DNA of 64,000 nt, taken from Octopus bimaculoides (Eukaryota). Below the pieces are notes generated by a model. It saw only the letters and a program-made list of their open reading frames with translations. It was not told where the DNA came from and did not search any database. The DNA lies in assembly GCF_001194135.2 (NCBI RefSeq), contig NC_068989.1, positions 85,979,008 through 86,043,007 on the forward strand. Reading direction: 5' to 3'. Position 1 is the stretch's first letter. Each line of letters starts with the position of its first letter. The position numbers and the translations under genes are program-made. Shown one piece after another: positions 51,785-64,000 of this stretch.

Positions 51785-52625
51785 TTATCTCTTGTGTTTA
51801 GCATTGTGGTGGTGATGGTGGGTGTAATAGGGTATGGACATAAATTCTTGAAATTTAAAAGGAAATGAAATAATAAAAATAATGATAATTAAAAAAATCT
51901 AATAATGATTTCTTAGTGCAAGATTAGAAATTTATGGGCAGTTGGCTCTTGCCTGCTGATCTAATCCCAGTATATAACTGGTATGCATTTCACAATCATT
52001 GAGGCATGAAAGGAAATACTGATCAATTGTTTATATTTTGTAACAAAAGAACAAGACCAGTGCAGGTTTTCTCCACAAAAATTGTCTTAAGAAAAACCCC
52101 ACCTTAGATCCTGTATGCAAAGTTGGACCCCCCATGAACTAATTTTGTGTTTAACGCTTATTACTATAAGCTCATATTGATCCAGATGGTTTTTTTCTAC
52201 TGAGCTTGACTCCATAACAATAACATTTACTTAAACATCATCATCACCATTAATTATTATTATTATTATTGAGTGAGAGAGCAGTGCATGCCATCAAAGT
52301 GACACTGGGGTAAAATATACAGAGCCCAGTATACCCATCATGACTACCCGTCTGATAAGGGCACACCAGGCACATGCATCACAACCATATGTGCATAACA
52401 TGGTGATCTCATATCAAGATAAACAGCACATGACCTTGCAGGTGGGGCCCAGTTAGAATTTTCTTCAGCTCAAGTAGCCCATCCTACTCAAAAGGTCCCT
52501 GAATAAGGGTTGTTTAAGGTCAAACAACTGACAGGCAAATCTGTGGTATTGAGCAGAATATTTGCTGTCACCCATCTTATTATTTGTACTTTACTTGTGT
52601 AATGTGCTGCTAGATTGCTTTAATG

Positions 52626-52935
52626 CCGTGGTTCTCAACCCTTCTTTTTTACCTATGGACCCTTTTGATTACTATTTTACAAGAGGGGGGGGGGAGACAC
52701 AGGACCCTCATTAGCCATTTGATGTCTAAAAAAAAAATTTTTTTTAAGTCACAATATTTTTATGCATTGTAGGAGTGGCTGTGTGGTAAGTAGCTTGCTT
52801 ACCAACCACGTGGTTCTGGGTTCATTCCCACTGTGTGGAATCTTGGGCAAGTGTCTTCTACTATAGCCTCGGGCTGACCAAAGCCTTGTGAGTGGATTTG
52901 GTAGACAGAAACTGAAAGAAGCCCGTCGTATATAT

Positions 52936-52971
<36 letters not shown>

Positions 52972-53267
52972 ATATGTTTGTGTGTCTGTGTTTGTCCCCC
53001 CAACATCGCTTGACAACCGATGCTGGTGTGTTTACGTCCCCGTAACTTAGTGCTTCGGCAAAAGAGACCGATAGAATAAGTACTAGGCTTACAAAGAATA
53101 AGTCCTGGGGTCGATTTGCTCGACTAAAGGCGGTGCTCCAGCATGGCCGCAGTCAAATGACTGAAACAAGTAAAAGAGTAAGTAAAGCTAGTCTATTGTA
53201 CATAAATTTTAACAAAACCTTATGCAGAACCCCCAAAGGTCACATGAACCCTGGTCCAGGACCACTG
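52626..53267. mobile_element. hAT MITE carrying a nested tRNA-SINE
   Basis: CCGTGGTTCTCAACC...GGTCCAGGACCACTG ends, perfect 8-bp TSD CTTTAATG; SINE at ~52770-53180. Confidence 0.85.
52770..53180 (+). repeat. Near full-length tRNA-derived SINE, second family (internal AT/GT microsatellite)
   Basis: A-box TGGCTGTGTGGTAAG, B-box-like GGTTCATTCCC, CTTGGGCAAGT motif; other copies at 25815-26160(-), 37336-37710(+), 44830-45350(-), 15305-15440(+). Confidence 0.88.
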
Positions 53268-53393
53268 CTTTAATGCATTAAAAACATTTTTCCATGACCA
53301 AATGCTGCCGAAATGGAGGTGCATCTAATATACCCGTGCATCTTTTAAGCCATCGAATACAATAATTTTCTGGCGAGTGAATTACTTAATTAA

Positions 53394-53612
53394 CCCTTTA
53401 GCATTTACACCATCCACATATGGCCCACTTCTGTTTTTATGTTGAAATCAGCCAGATCCACCCTCTCACACCTACCCTGCAATGTCAAATAAAATATACA
53501 ACCACATTGTTGAAATCTCAAAGCTCTGAGATAATCAATACATGACTAATTTAAAACAATGTGAATAAATAAAAGCATTACAACTGACAGTGTAATTTGA
53601 ATGCTTAAAGGT
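53394..53612. mobile_element. piggyBac-like MITE
   Basis: TTAA-CCCTTTAGCATT...AATGCTTAAAGGT-TTAA. Confidence 0.6.
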
Positions 53613-53935
53613 TTAAATCAACCCACCAGTACCTGACAAGGACTTTTATAAAGTCCCAGGAGGTGGAGGATGAAAGGCTCGAGACTGGTGGGATTTGAAC
53701 TGATTGCTAAAGGAAAAAAAGGGAAGGGAATCAAAATTACAACATCAATTCAGTGATTTTCTTCTTGTTGCCATCTAACTGCAGATGTAGTATTGACCCC
53801 TGCCCCTGAAGTATTGAAAGGCTAAGTCAGCCTTGGCGGAATTTGAACTCAGAATGTTATGATGAAATGACACTAGGCATTTTGTCTGGTATGTAAATGA
53901 TTCTGTCAGATGGACATTACACAATAGCTGTAGTA

Positions 53936-53988
<53 letters not shown>

Positions 53989-54013
53989 AATAGTGATAAT
54001 AATAATAATAATG

Positions 54014-54053
<40 letters not shown>

Positions 54054-54109
54054 CAATAATAATAATGATAATAATAATAATAATAATAATGATAATAATA
54101 ATAATAATG

Positions 54110-54280
54110 GCTTCAAATTTTGGGGGAGAGGATGAATTGATTACATCGACCCCAGTGTTCAACTGGTAACTTATTTTATCGGCCCCGATAGGATGAAAGG
54201 TAAAGTCAACCTCGGTAGAATTTGAACTCAGAATGGAGTGACAGGTGAAATACCGCTAAACATTTCATCCAGCATGGGTA

Positions 54281-54316
<36 letters not shown>

Positions 54317-54538
54317 TGATGATGATTTAAAATTTTTGCCACAAGGGCAGCTTGGGGGGTGGGGATTAAATCGATTACATCGACTCCAGTGTATAACTGG
54401 TACTTATTTAAGTGACCCTGAAAGGATGAAAGGCAAAATCGACCTTGGTGGAATTTGAACTCAGAACGTAGCGACAGGGTGAAATACCGCTAAGCATTTC
54501 GCTTGGCGTGCTAATGATTCTGCCAGCTCGCCGCCTTA

Positions 54539-54570
<32 letters not shown>
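54110..54570 (-). repeat. Two tandem copies of the same (AAT)n-flanked SINE
   Basis: Same core; more copies near 1385, 2650, 8680, 14590(+), 18030, 23445(+), 29500, 35135, 43905, 53790, 55560, 55760, 62360. Confidence 0.85.
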
Positions 54571-54579
<9 letters not shown>

Positions 54580-54597
54580 CAAAAACAAAACGAGCTA

Positions 54598-54643
<46 letters not shown>

Positions 54644-57600
54644 ATAACAACAAAAAGCTTAAAAATTAAATTTTAAATCATTGCAGAAAATAAAAATAAA
54701 AATAAAATAAATAACCAGAAATAAAAATGAAATAAAATAAAATAAAAACAGCAAGCAGAAGAGAAAAAAATAAAGAACACACAACTGTAACATGATCTCC
54801 CACTGAAGCCACAGCAACATCAAAGTGTTTTATGAGATAAGCACAGTGGAAGGCACAAGCCCACAGCAAGAAAGAAGCAGTAATAGATTCGATACAGAGG
54901 AAAGATATAGTTGACTAAACTGACCCCTACCTTCCCCTTCAGCGCATAAATATTATTTTTTTTTTTTAGCAACACCAGACGAATAAAGGACAAAGGTGAC
55001 CTCAGTGGGATTTGAACTCAGAAATGCAGTAGCATGCTATTCTTTTTTTTTTTAATTAACTCAATGAAAGGAAGAAAAGTCAGAGCCTGGAACCTTCTCC
55101 ATGGCCTCAGAGATTGGTGCAAGGACGCTGTACTTTGAGAACCTGGCCCGAAAGCTTGCGACATAGAGGTCTCTGTTAAAGGTACAGAAAGGCGCAGGGG
55201 ATGGTCATTGATTTAGTTGATCACACAAAAAACAAGAACAATGGCCTTCCACACAGGTTCTTTTGAAAGAATTTTGCTCACATGACATCGATCGATCTTA
55301 GGGTTATTACAGATGATACTCAGCTAAGATACTGCCACATGGTGAGATTGAACTCAAGACCATGCAGTTGTGAAGTGAACTCCTCCCCCAGTGCTCTACC
55401 AATTCTGCTGCCCCACAGCCCGCAATAGCAATAACAAAACAGAACAAAGTCATATATTTCGAGGAAGACAATTCCTAACGGACACAAATACTGCTAAGCA
55501 TTTCGCTTGGGGTGTTAACGTTTCTGCCAGCTCACCACCTTGATAATAATAATAATTGATTTCAAATTTTGGCACAAAGCCAGCAATTTTGAGGGAGGAA
55601 ATAAGTTGATGTCATCAACCCCAGCACCCAACTAGTACTTATTTCATCAACCCCAAAAGGATGGAAGGTAAAGTTGATCTCAGCAGAATTTGAACTCAAA
55701 ACGTAAAGATGCCTGGCATGGTAACGATTCTGTCAGTTCACCACCTTAATAATTTTTTCACTTAGGCACAAGGAAGGCAATTTTGAGGGAGGAGGAGGAG
55801 GAGGAGCTAGTTGGTTATATCAAACCCTGATACTCAAGTACTTTATTTTATTTATCCTGGGAGGATGAAAGGCAAAGAGTTGACCTCAACAGGGTTTGAA
55901 CTCAGAACATAAAGAGTTTGACAATCCTCCACTTATGTTAACAATATTAAAGAAAAAAAAAAAATTTTTTTTCCAACAGTGTAGTTCAGAAAAGTTAAAT
56001 GAGATTTGAACCTGCTTTGCCACACCACCTTCACTATCATACATCCCTTTCTAAATCTTAATTATAACTTTAATAGCAACCCAACCAACACCATCCAATT
56101 CTTCTTTCCTGAGTCCAATAGGTTCTTCTTCATCACCCACAACAGAGGTTGACACTGTCCCCCCAACGACACTAGACCCTCACCGCCTAAAGATATTTGC
56201 ACTGCTCACACACACACAGGGTCACATATGAAGTATGAAGTTAAGGAGAACGTCAAGAACATCATAGACACTGGCAGTGTATGGCATAGCAGTTACTGAG
56301 ATTGCAAGAGTGACAAGAACTGGTCGAGAGGTCAAGGGTCAGAATAGGGTTTTGCAGATTAGAAAATACTTGTAAACAGAGATTAATAGAACTATCTACT
56401 ACTACTACTACTACTACACACACACATGCATGTGTATGTGTATACTTACACATACATGCACACGGCCATACACAGATCCACAACTACATATACTACACAG
56501 TTTAATCACATGCACAACAATACAATTTTACACTACAACATACACTACTATTCTCTATACAGACACTAGCACAGTTTACATATATATATATATATATATA
56601 TAGATAGATATATATATATATAGTGAAGTTTCTTTGTTTATTGTATAGGCACTACACATAAGTGTCAGATAAAATACCTGAGACGCCAAGGTATAAAAAA
56701 AATGTTAAAGAGAATTACAGATAGGTTCAACAATTTATTTATACATATATTCTGCCATAGATCAATGCATATCAGTCTTTAAAGGTTTTTTTTCTTCTTT
56801 CTTTAAGGTAGACCACCAGATATTCACACATGCATGTTTACCTTTTCCAAGCCACCAAGGAGAAGGTAATCTTAGATTAATACTCAATATTATCATCATT
56901 TAAGGATCCATGTTCCATGCTGGTATGTGCCAAACAGTTTGACACAATCTGATGGAGGCCAAAGACAGCCTCAGGTACCAGTGTCTATTTTGGCATAGTT
57001 TCTATGGCTTGATGCCCTTCCTAACACGAACCACTTTACAGTGTGTACTGGGTGGCTTTTTTGTGACACCAGCAATTTTGATATTGGCATGCAATTTGCA
57101 AGATTACAACACCTGAGGCTGGGGCAGCTTTATGCTAGGAGATGAGAGAAGGGAGGGATGAGCAAGTTCTTGTTGTTAAGAAGCTACATGGCTTAGATGG
57201 GAATTAATTTCAAAGCAGAATTTTGTGGCCAAATGCTCATCCAGTCACCAATCCTCAATGCAGGGGACGTTTTTTTTTTTTATATATATTCCACATGTCT
57301 TTGAAAGCATAGAGCAATTGGTTGTCATATCAACAAGGAAATGTAAACAACATTGCTGTTTCATTCAAACAACAAGCAAAATAACATTCACATATGCACA
57401 CATATTTATACATACATAAATACACTCAATATAAACTTAGTAATGATTCTGTATATCCAATTCATTCACAAGGTATTGGTCAACCAAAGGCTACAGTAGA
57501 AGACACTTGCCCAAGGTGCCATGCAATGGGATTGAACCTGAAAATACGTGGGTGCTGGTGGGATGAAATAAGATAGTTAAATTATAAACAAACATCTACT

Positions 57601-58185
57601 AATGAAAAGACTCAATATTTTCAGTTGAGTCAAATTCCTTGAGCACAGTGGGTTGACAGGGACTCCAGGTTTCATTGCTTGGAGCATACTCAATTCACAT
57701 ATGTAGGTACACACATACACACACACACATGTTTGGTATTACAAATGTGGGAAAGTGTACTCAATACACAGATCCTCATCATCATCACCACTGTTTAATG
57801 TCCACTTTCCATGCTGGCATGGGTTGGACGGTTTAACTGGAGACTGGCAAGCCAGGAGGCCGCACCAGGCTCCAATCTGATCTGGCAATGTTTCTACAGC
57901 TGGATGCCCTTCCTAATGCCAACCACTCTGAGAGTGCAGTGGGTGCTTTTTATGTGTCACCAGCACAGGAGCCAGTCAGGTGGCAGTGGCACTGGCCACG
58001 TTCGGATGGTGCATTTTATGTGCCACCGACATGGATATCACAACTACAATTTCCATTTGATTTTCATTTTGATGTTGATGTACTTGACTCAATAGGTCTC
58101 CTCAAGCACAGCAAGTCGCCCTATGATCCAAGGTAATTTTGAATGGGCTGGAGCTGGTTATGCGAAACTGATGTAGGATATAGCC

Positions 58186-58640
58186 ATGAACTCACTTTAT
58201 TTGCCGGGTCTTCACAGTCACAGCATATCTCCAGAGGTCTCTGTCTTTCAACATTGCCTTTGTGAGGCCCAACATTCGAAGGTCATCCCATGTCTTCCTG
58301 GGTCTACCTCTAACCTGAATTCCTTCAACTGTTTGGGACTGGCACTTCTTCACACATCTCTCCTCATCCATCCATAGTACATGACCATACCAGCGCAAAC
58401 GTCTCTCTTGCACACCACATCCTATGCTTCTTATGTCCAACATTTTTCTCAGGGCATTTACACTCTGTCGTGTGTGCACACTGACATTACACATCCAGCA
58501 GATCATGCTAGCTTCATTTCTTTCGAGCCTACGCATGTCCTCTGCAGTCATGGCCCATGTTTCACTGCTGTGAAGCATGGCAGTTCACACACATGCATCG
58601 TACAATCTACCTTTCACTCTGAGCGAGAAGCCCTTTTCAG
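58186..58640 (-). mobile_element. RTE-clade LINE 3' fragment
   Basis: KGRLYDACV*TAMLHSSETW...ERRLRWYGHVLWMDEERCVKK...RGRPRKTW, typical post-RT RTE region. Confidence 0.88.
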
Positions 58641-58803
58641 TTGCCCGATACACACTGTACATGCATACATATGAATGCATAAATACACATATATATTTAC
58701 ATGTACAGCCTAAGGAAGAAAAAAGTGAATGAAACTGTTCATGGGACCTGGACCATATATTTGTAATACATTGGCTAAACCCAGTACTGATTACACTAAA
58801 GAG

Positions 58804-59238
58804 CAATGTTTCTCAACCGGGGTCTCCCAGAACCCTAGGGTTCCACGAGAAAGAGTGAGATAAGCTAATGCTAATTTCACGATCGTAATATCACTATACA
58901 TGCACAACATATTCTTGGTTATTGTAATATAGGCATCATCCTATCTAACCTATTATGTTATCAAAAAAATATAACAACCATTGGGGATATATGTATTGGG
59001 TTGTCCGGAAAGTTCATGCCGATTTTTGAAGGAAAGAAGAAGGTCAATAAATACTTGCCATTATATATTTAATCAACCAAATATGAACCATTTTGTTGCA
59101 CAATGCATCCCCATCTTTCCTTTAACTTGAAAATACCCTCTTCCCAGAATTCAAGTGGTTTCAAGGCAAATAAGTCGAAAAGGTAAGCTACTATAAATCA
59201 GCACGAACCTTCCGGACAACTCAATAATTTATGGACAC

Positions 59239-59316
<78 letters not shown>

Positions 59317-59441
59317 ACATGAACTATGATGAAGGAAATATGAGAAAGATATTGTATATAATCTTTTTTGTGCAGGGGTTCCTTGAGACATGTAATTTAT
59401 TTTAAGGGTTACGCAAGGGTAAAAAAGGTTGAGAAACACTG
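58804..59441. mobile_element. hAT MITE carrying a nested mariner MITE
   Basis: CAATGTTTCTCAACC...GGTTGAGAAACACTG TIRs, TSD CTAAAGAG/CTATAGAG. Confidence 0.87.
58996..59224. mobile_element. mariner-type MITE
   Basis: TTGGGTTGTCCGGAAAGTTC...GAACCTTCCGGACAACTCAA TIRs, TA on both sides. Confidence 0.85.
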
Positions 59442-61996
59442 CTATAGAGGCTCAGAAACTAACAGTGCTTACCTCCCCTCAAATCACATGAAGATCATGA
59501 GTATTTTGATAGCCACTTGATCACCAGTGGACAGCCTGCTTCAACATTGTATGACAGTCCAGTATCACATCGACATTATATTTAGAACTGATGTAACCTC
59601 CAAATATGGAGAGTGATTAACTATCATAAATGATACACGGTTAAGGTTTGTATAACACATGGATATTTGAATTTCCAAACAGGCTAAAAGTACTCAATAC
59701 CAAAGTAGTGTTGTATTTTAATGTTGATCTTTACTAACAGTGGTAACTGAGTAATAAGTCATTTCAGCACATCACTGCAAGTATGTGTGTGTGTGTGTGT
59801 GTGTAAATATGGTATGCATATGTGTGACATTTAAAAACAAGATAATGTGCTGGAAAAAAAATTGAAAAGATAACTGTGATATATTGATCAACTTAGGCTA
59901 ACGACAATAGCAACCACAACAACAGCAACAACCACAACCACAACAGCAATACACTTGCATTGGACAGCCAACATGCATCATCCATGATATTTATATGGCA
60001 CTCTGTTTCACAAACACACACGTCTACATGTGTGTCTGTGTGTGACTACAGAAGGTATTTTTTGATGGAGTGTTGGAGTGATAGTAAGAGGTTAATAATT
60101 CAACTGTGATACATGATATGTAGAAGGCAATGTGTGTGTGGGTTGAAAGAGAGAGTGGGGAAAGGGAGAGAGGTTTCAGGAGAGAAAGTGATGGGAGAGA
60201 GAGAGAGAGAGAGAGAGACGGAAGAGAGTGGAGTGAGGCAGGTCGAGTGAAAGGTGCTGTATTTAATAGGGTAGTGTTGTACAGCTCTGTCACCGAAACC
60301 TAGCAAGATGTGTCAGGGCAAGACGAAGGTTTGGGGCAAAATGAAGGTTTGTGTCAAAACAGGCATTTCTCTATCAAAACCATTTCTCCTCTTCTCACCA
60401 ATCACAGATAGTGAGCCCCCCACTACCATCTTTAGACTCAAGATCAGGAGTTAATGGAAGTTAACCAGACAACAAAGAAAAATCAGAAAATGAACAAATA
60501 TCACTTAAGGGTCTCTAATAAAATTTTGCTTCGTCCACCCATTGAATATCTGCATATGAATAGTTGAAATACATATCTACACAACTGGCCAGTTACAGCT
60601 TCCTGTTATGAACTTTCAGATGATAACCTTACTGCATACTTTCAACATAATCTGCTTAATTTAATAACCAAATACACCTCATCAAAATCTTTCCCCGTCT
60701 TTAAAACAGGGACCAAATAAGAGCCTTTCTACACTCATCCAACCTGCCCAATGTGACAACTAAATTTCCCATCAACAAACTATAAAAACTTTGAGCCACA
60801 CAAGTAACTGGTGAGGGAACCTCTAAACAGTTGTTTCATTTACTCAACATATTAACCAAATCTTTCCTGTTCATTTCTCTATATATTTTCCTTCTCTTGT
60901 TCTTTCCTGTCTTGCAAGTTACTTGGCAACCTCACTAGTACTAGTGGCATGGGGGGGGGGGGGAGCACCTAATACACATTGTAAAACGGTTAGCATGAGG
61001 CAAGGCATCCAGCAGTAGAAATCATGCCAAAGCTGACACTGGAGCTCAATGCAAACCTGTGGCTTGTATCCTGTCAAACTGTCTAAACCATTCCAGCCTG
61101 GAAAGCAGACATTGAATGATAACGATTAATATTACTGCTATGTCACCAAAATCTGGATCATTACTGCCATGTCATCAAAGACGAGGCCTCAAGCTTCACC
61201 TGTACAGCCTTCCTGGCAATAATGTATTGACTCTCACTACCAACAAAACCTCAGAATACTTCAGAAAGTGTAGGTCCAGGAGAAGGACTGATGCCTTCAT
61301 CTAGACGCCGGGTTTCACTTACTCTTTCCTCTTTTACTCCTACTGGTTCAGTAGAATTGAATCTTGGTTGATTTTACCTTTAGGGTCCTTGAAGTACTTC
61401 GGCCACATGGTGGGCCAGCACTAAATGAAATATGGATGGACGATGCCTGGTGCCATGAGACCCACACTATCGTATCAGAAACACAAATAATGGGTTGAGC
61501 TGGACAACCAGTGCAACACCCACCACCACAAAACTAAAAGCAAGAACATCTTTGGTAAGTTGGTTGGTTGGTTAGCTGTTTAGCCCCAGGCTCACCCTGA
61601 CCTGGTAGAACCATGACCAAGGTGTTCCAGCCAGACCATTCAGTTTTGTTTTCTTTTCCCCCCAGAATTAGTGTATCTAGGAGAACATTATGTAAAGTGT
61701 CCTTCATGGTAAGTTGTGATTTGAGGAAGACAGCTGTTGTTTCTACTGACCCCACAGATGCTTTCTCATCACTAGACTGTGGCCATGCTGGGGCACCATT
61801 TTGACGGGTTTAGTTACACAAATTGACCCTAGTACTTATCTTCTCAAGTGTGGTAAATATTCTATCGGTCTCTTTTGCTTAACTGCTAAGCCTTGTGAAT
61901 GGATTTCGTACACATGAACTGAAAAAGCCCACTATGTGTACATGCGTGCATGTGTGTGTAACCTTGTCCAGACATTATGTGATTGTTGTGAATGAG

Positions 61997-62029
<33 letters not shown>

Positions 62030-62162
62030 ACAAGCAAGGTTATTCATTTCCACCCTTCTGTGAAAAACATGTCAGGCCATGGGATCTATTACTTTGTTGG
62101 GAAACAGGTGAAAGTTGGTAACAGGAAGGACATTCTTTCCAACGTGCTAGCATGCCACTAAG

Positions 62163-62196
<34 letters not shown>

Positions 62197-62578
62197 TACA
62201 GATATGGAAATATTTTACTCTCAAACGCATAATAATGATGCTGAATAGCATATTGGTTTGAGAGTAAAATATTTTCATATTTGTATATTTCAATACATCT
62301 CAACGCTTCTAAAAAAGCAAACTTCGTTTGCTTATATAATTCGCAATAATAATAATAATAGTTTCAAATTCTGGTACAATACCAATAATTTCAGAGTGGG
62401 AGGGAAGGGGTTAGTTGATTATATTGACCCCAGTGCTCGACTAGTACTTATTTCATTGACCCTGAAAGAACGAAAGGCAAAGTCGACCTTAGTGGAGTTT
62501 GAACCCAGAATGTAAAACTAGAAGAAATTCCACTCAGCATTTTGTCCAGCAAACTAACAATTCTGCCAGCTCACCACC

Positions 62579-62611
<33 letters not shown>

Positions 62612-63418
62612 GTTTCTGATTTAGGCACAAGACCAGCGATTTTGAGAGGAAAGTATTAGCCAATACCACTGAAAGACAAAGTTGCCTTCAGCAGGATTTG
62701 AACTCAGAGCCAGAACAAATGCTGGACGGTATTTTATCCAATGCTCTACTGATTCAGCCATGCACAAAATTTAAGAGAAAGACTATAGTATAATTATGAT
62801 AAACCACATTTCTTAAAAATCGTGGTAGAGGCCTTAGTCTTGGGACCACTCATGTCTAGAAACTGAGGTTGGGGGTAAGTAAGGGCATGCTTGCCGTAGA
62901 AAATTCAGCTCCAAAAAAAGCCTCACGATAGCAAAGGAGAATGGGCACCAGCCGGCTCAAAGGTTGGGGTGGGCTGCACCTGCCTACCTTGGTTGCTATG
63001 GCAATGAGGTAGATCTGGCCATCCATGTTAATGGGGACAAGACTTGATTTAAAACTGGATGATGATGATGACAGTAATTCACTTGTAATTATTAACTTTG
63101 GAAGGAAATAAGACAAAAATCAATCCCAAGTCAAATACCTAAAATAAATTCTGCAAAGAATTTGTCATTCCACCAATTCCATTTGATTTCAAAAATATGA
63201 TTCACATATGCAGACACCAAAGATAAGTAAAATGCCAAATATTTTCTCTCTCATTAGCAAATGATCTAAGGAGCACCACCTCACCAACCGACAACCCTGT
63301 CTATACTATGTTTTACACATCATCGTATGGGCCTCTTATCCCCTCACCAAATGCAAGACACAGTGTCTCGTGGTCAGTATACAGACAGACAGAACCCCAG
63401 TATTCCTGTTTTGATGCA

Positions 63419-63454
<36 letters not shown>

Positions 63455-63782
63455 AGAAAAATATTTTTCTTAAGTACAATTATGACAGAAAACTAATTAA
63501 CTGTCAGGAACAAATAATAATAATAATAATAATAATAACAATAATAATAATATTGTAATAATGTTGAGGAAAAAATACACAAGAACAATGGTGAAGTTAC
63601 AATGAAGACGATCACAACAATTATAACTACTACTACTACCACCATGACCACCACTACTGTTGCTACTACTACTACTACAATTATTACTACTGATGTCATT
63701 GTTGAAGGGAAATGCTGTTGAGTAGGGATTATGATACAGATAGGAGAGGAGAGATGGGACATGAAGAGACAAAGAAGAGAGG

Positions 63783-63841
<59 letters not shown>

Positions 63842-64000
63842 CATCATCATCATCGTTTAACGTCCGCTTTCCATGCTAGCATGGGTTGGACGGTTTGACT
63901 GAGGACTGGTGAAACCAGATGGCTACACCAGGCTCCAATCTGATTTGGCAGAGTTTCTACAGCTGGATGCCCTTCCTAACGCTAACCACTCAGAGAGTGT

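Noticed and set aside
53775-54169. Poly-Leu/Ile/Asn and HT/YI/CV-rich ORFs here and throughout
   Set aside because: Translations of (AAT)n, (AC)n and (AT)n microsatellites

Overview
AT-rich, microsatellite-dense animal genomic DNA with several N gaps; the SINE/MITE repertoire looks like a coleoid cephalopod, probably Octopus (inference). One protein-coding gene is supported: the 3' half of a PP6 regulatory ankyrin-repeat subunit (ANKRD28/44/52 family) on the minus strand. Fourteen exons (28462 down to 12414) splice in frame at GT-AG sites, and three candidate terminal exons (45 nt, a 15-nt microexon, an acidic last exon) bring the total to about 499 aa. I found no upstream ankyrin exon in the remaining ~35.5 kb. 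The rest is tRNA-derived SINEs, RTE/CR1-L2/Penelope remnants, a truncated Tc1, hAT/mariner/piggyBac-type MITEs, Helentron-like non-autonomous elements and foldbacks. The most notable unannotated signal is five degenerate minimal type I hammerhead ribozyme motifs of Penelope/retrozyme type, two of them in the arms of a ~770-bp foldback. These fit known element classes; I see no evidence of a wholly new biological system. All coordinates and translations were read by hand.
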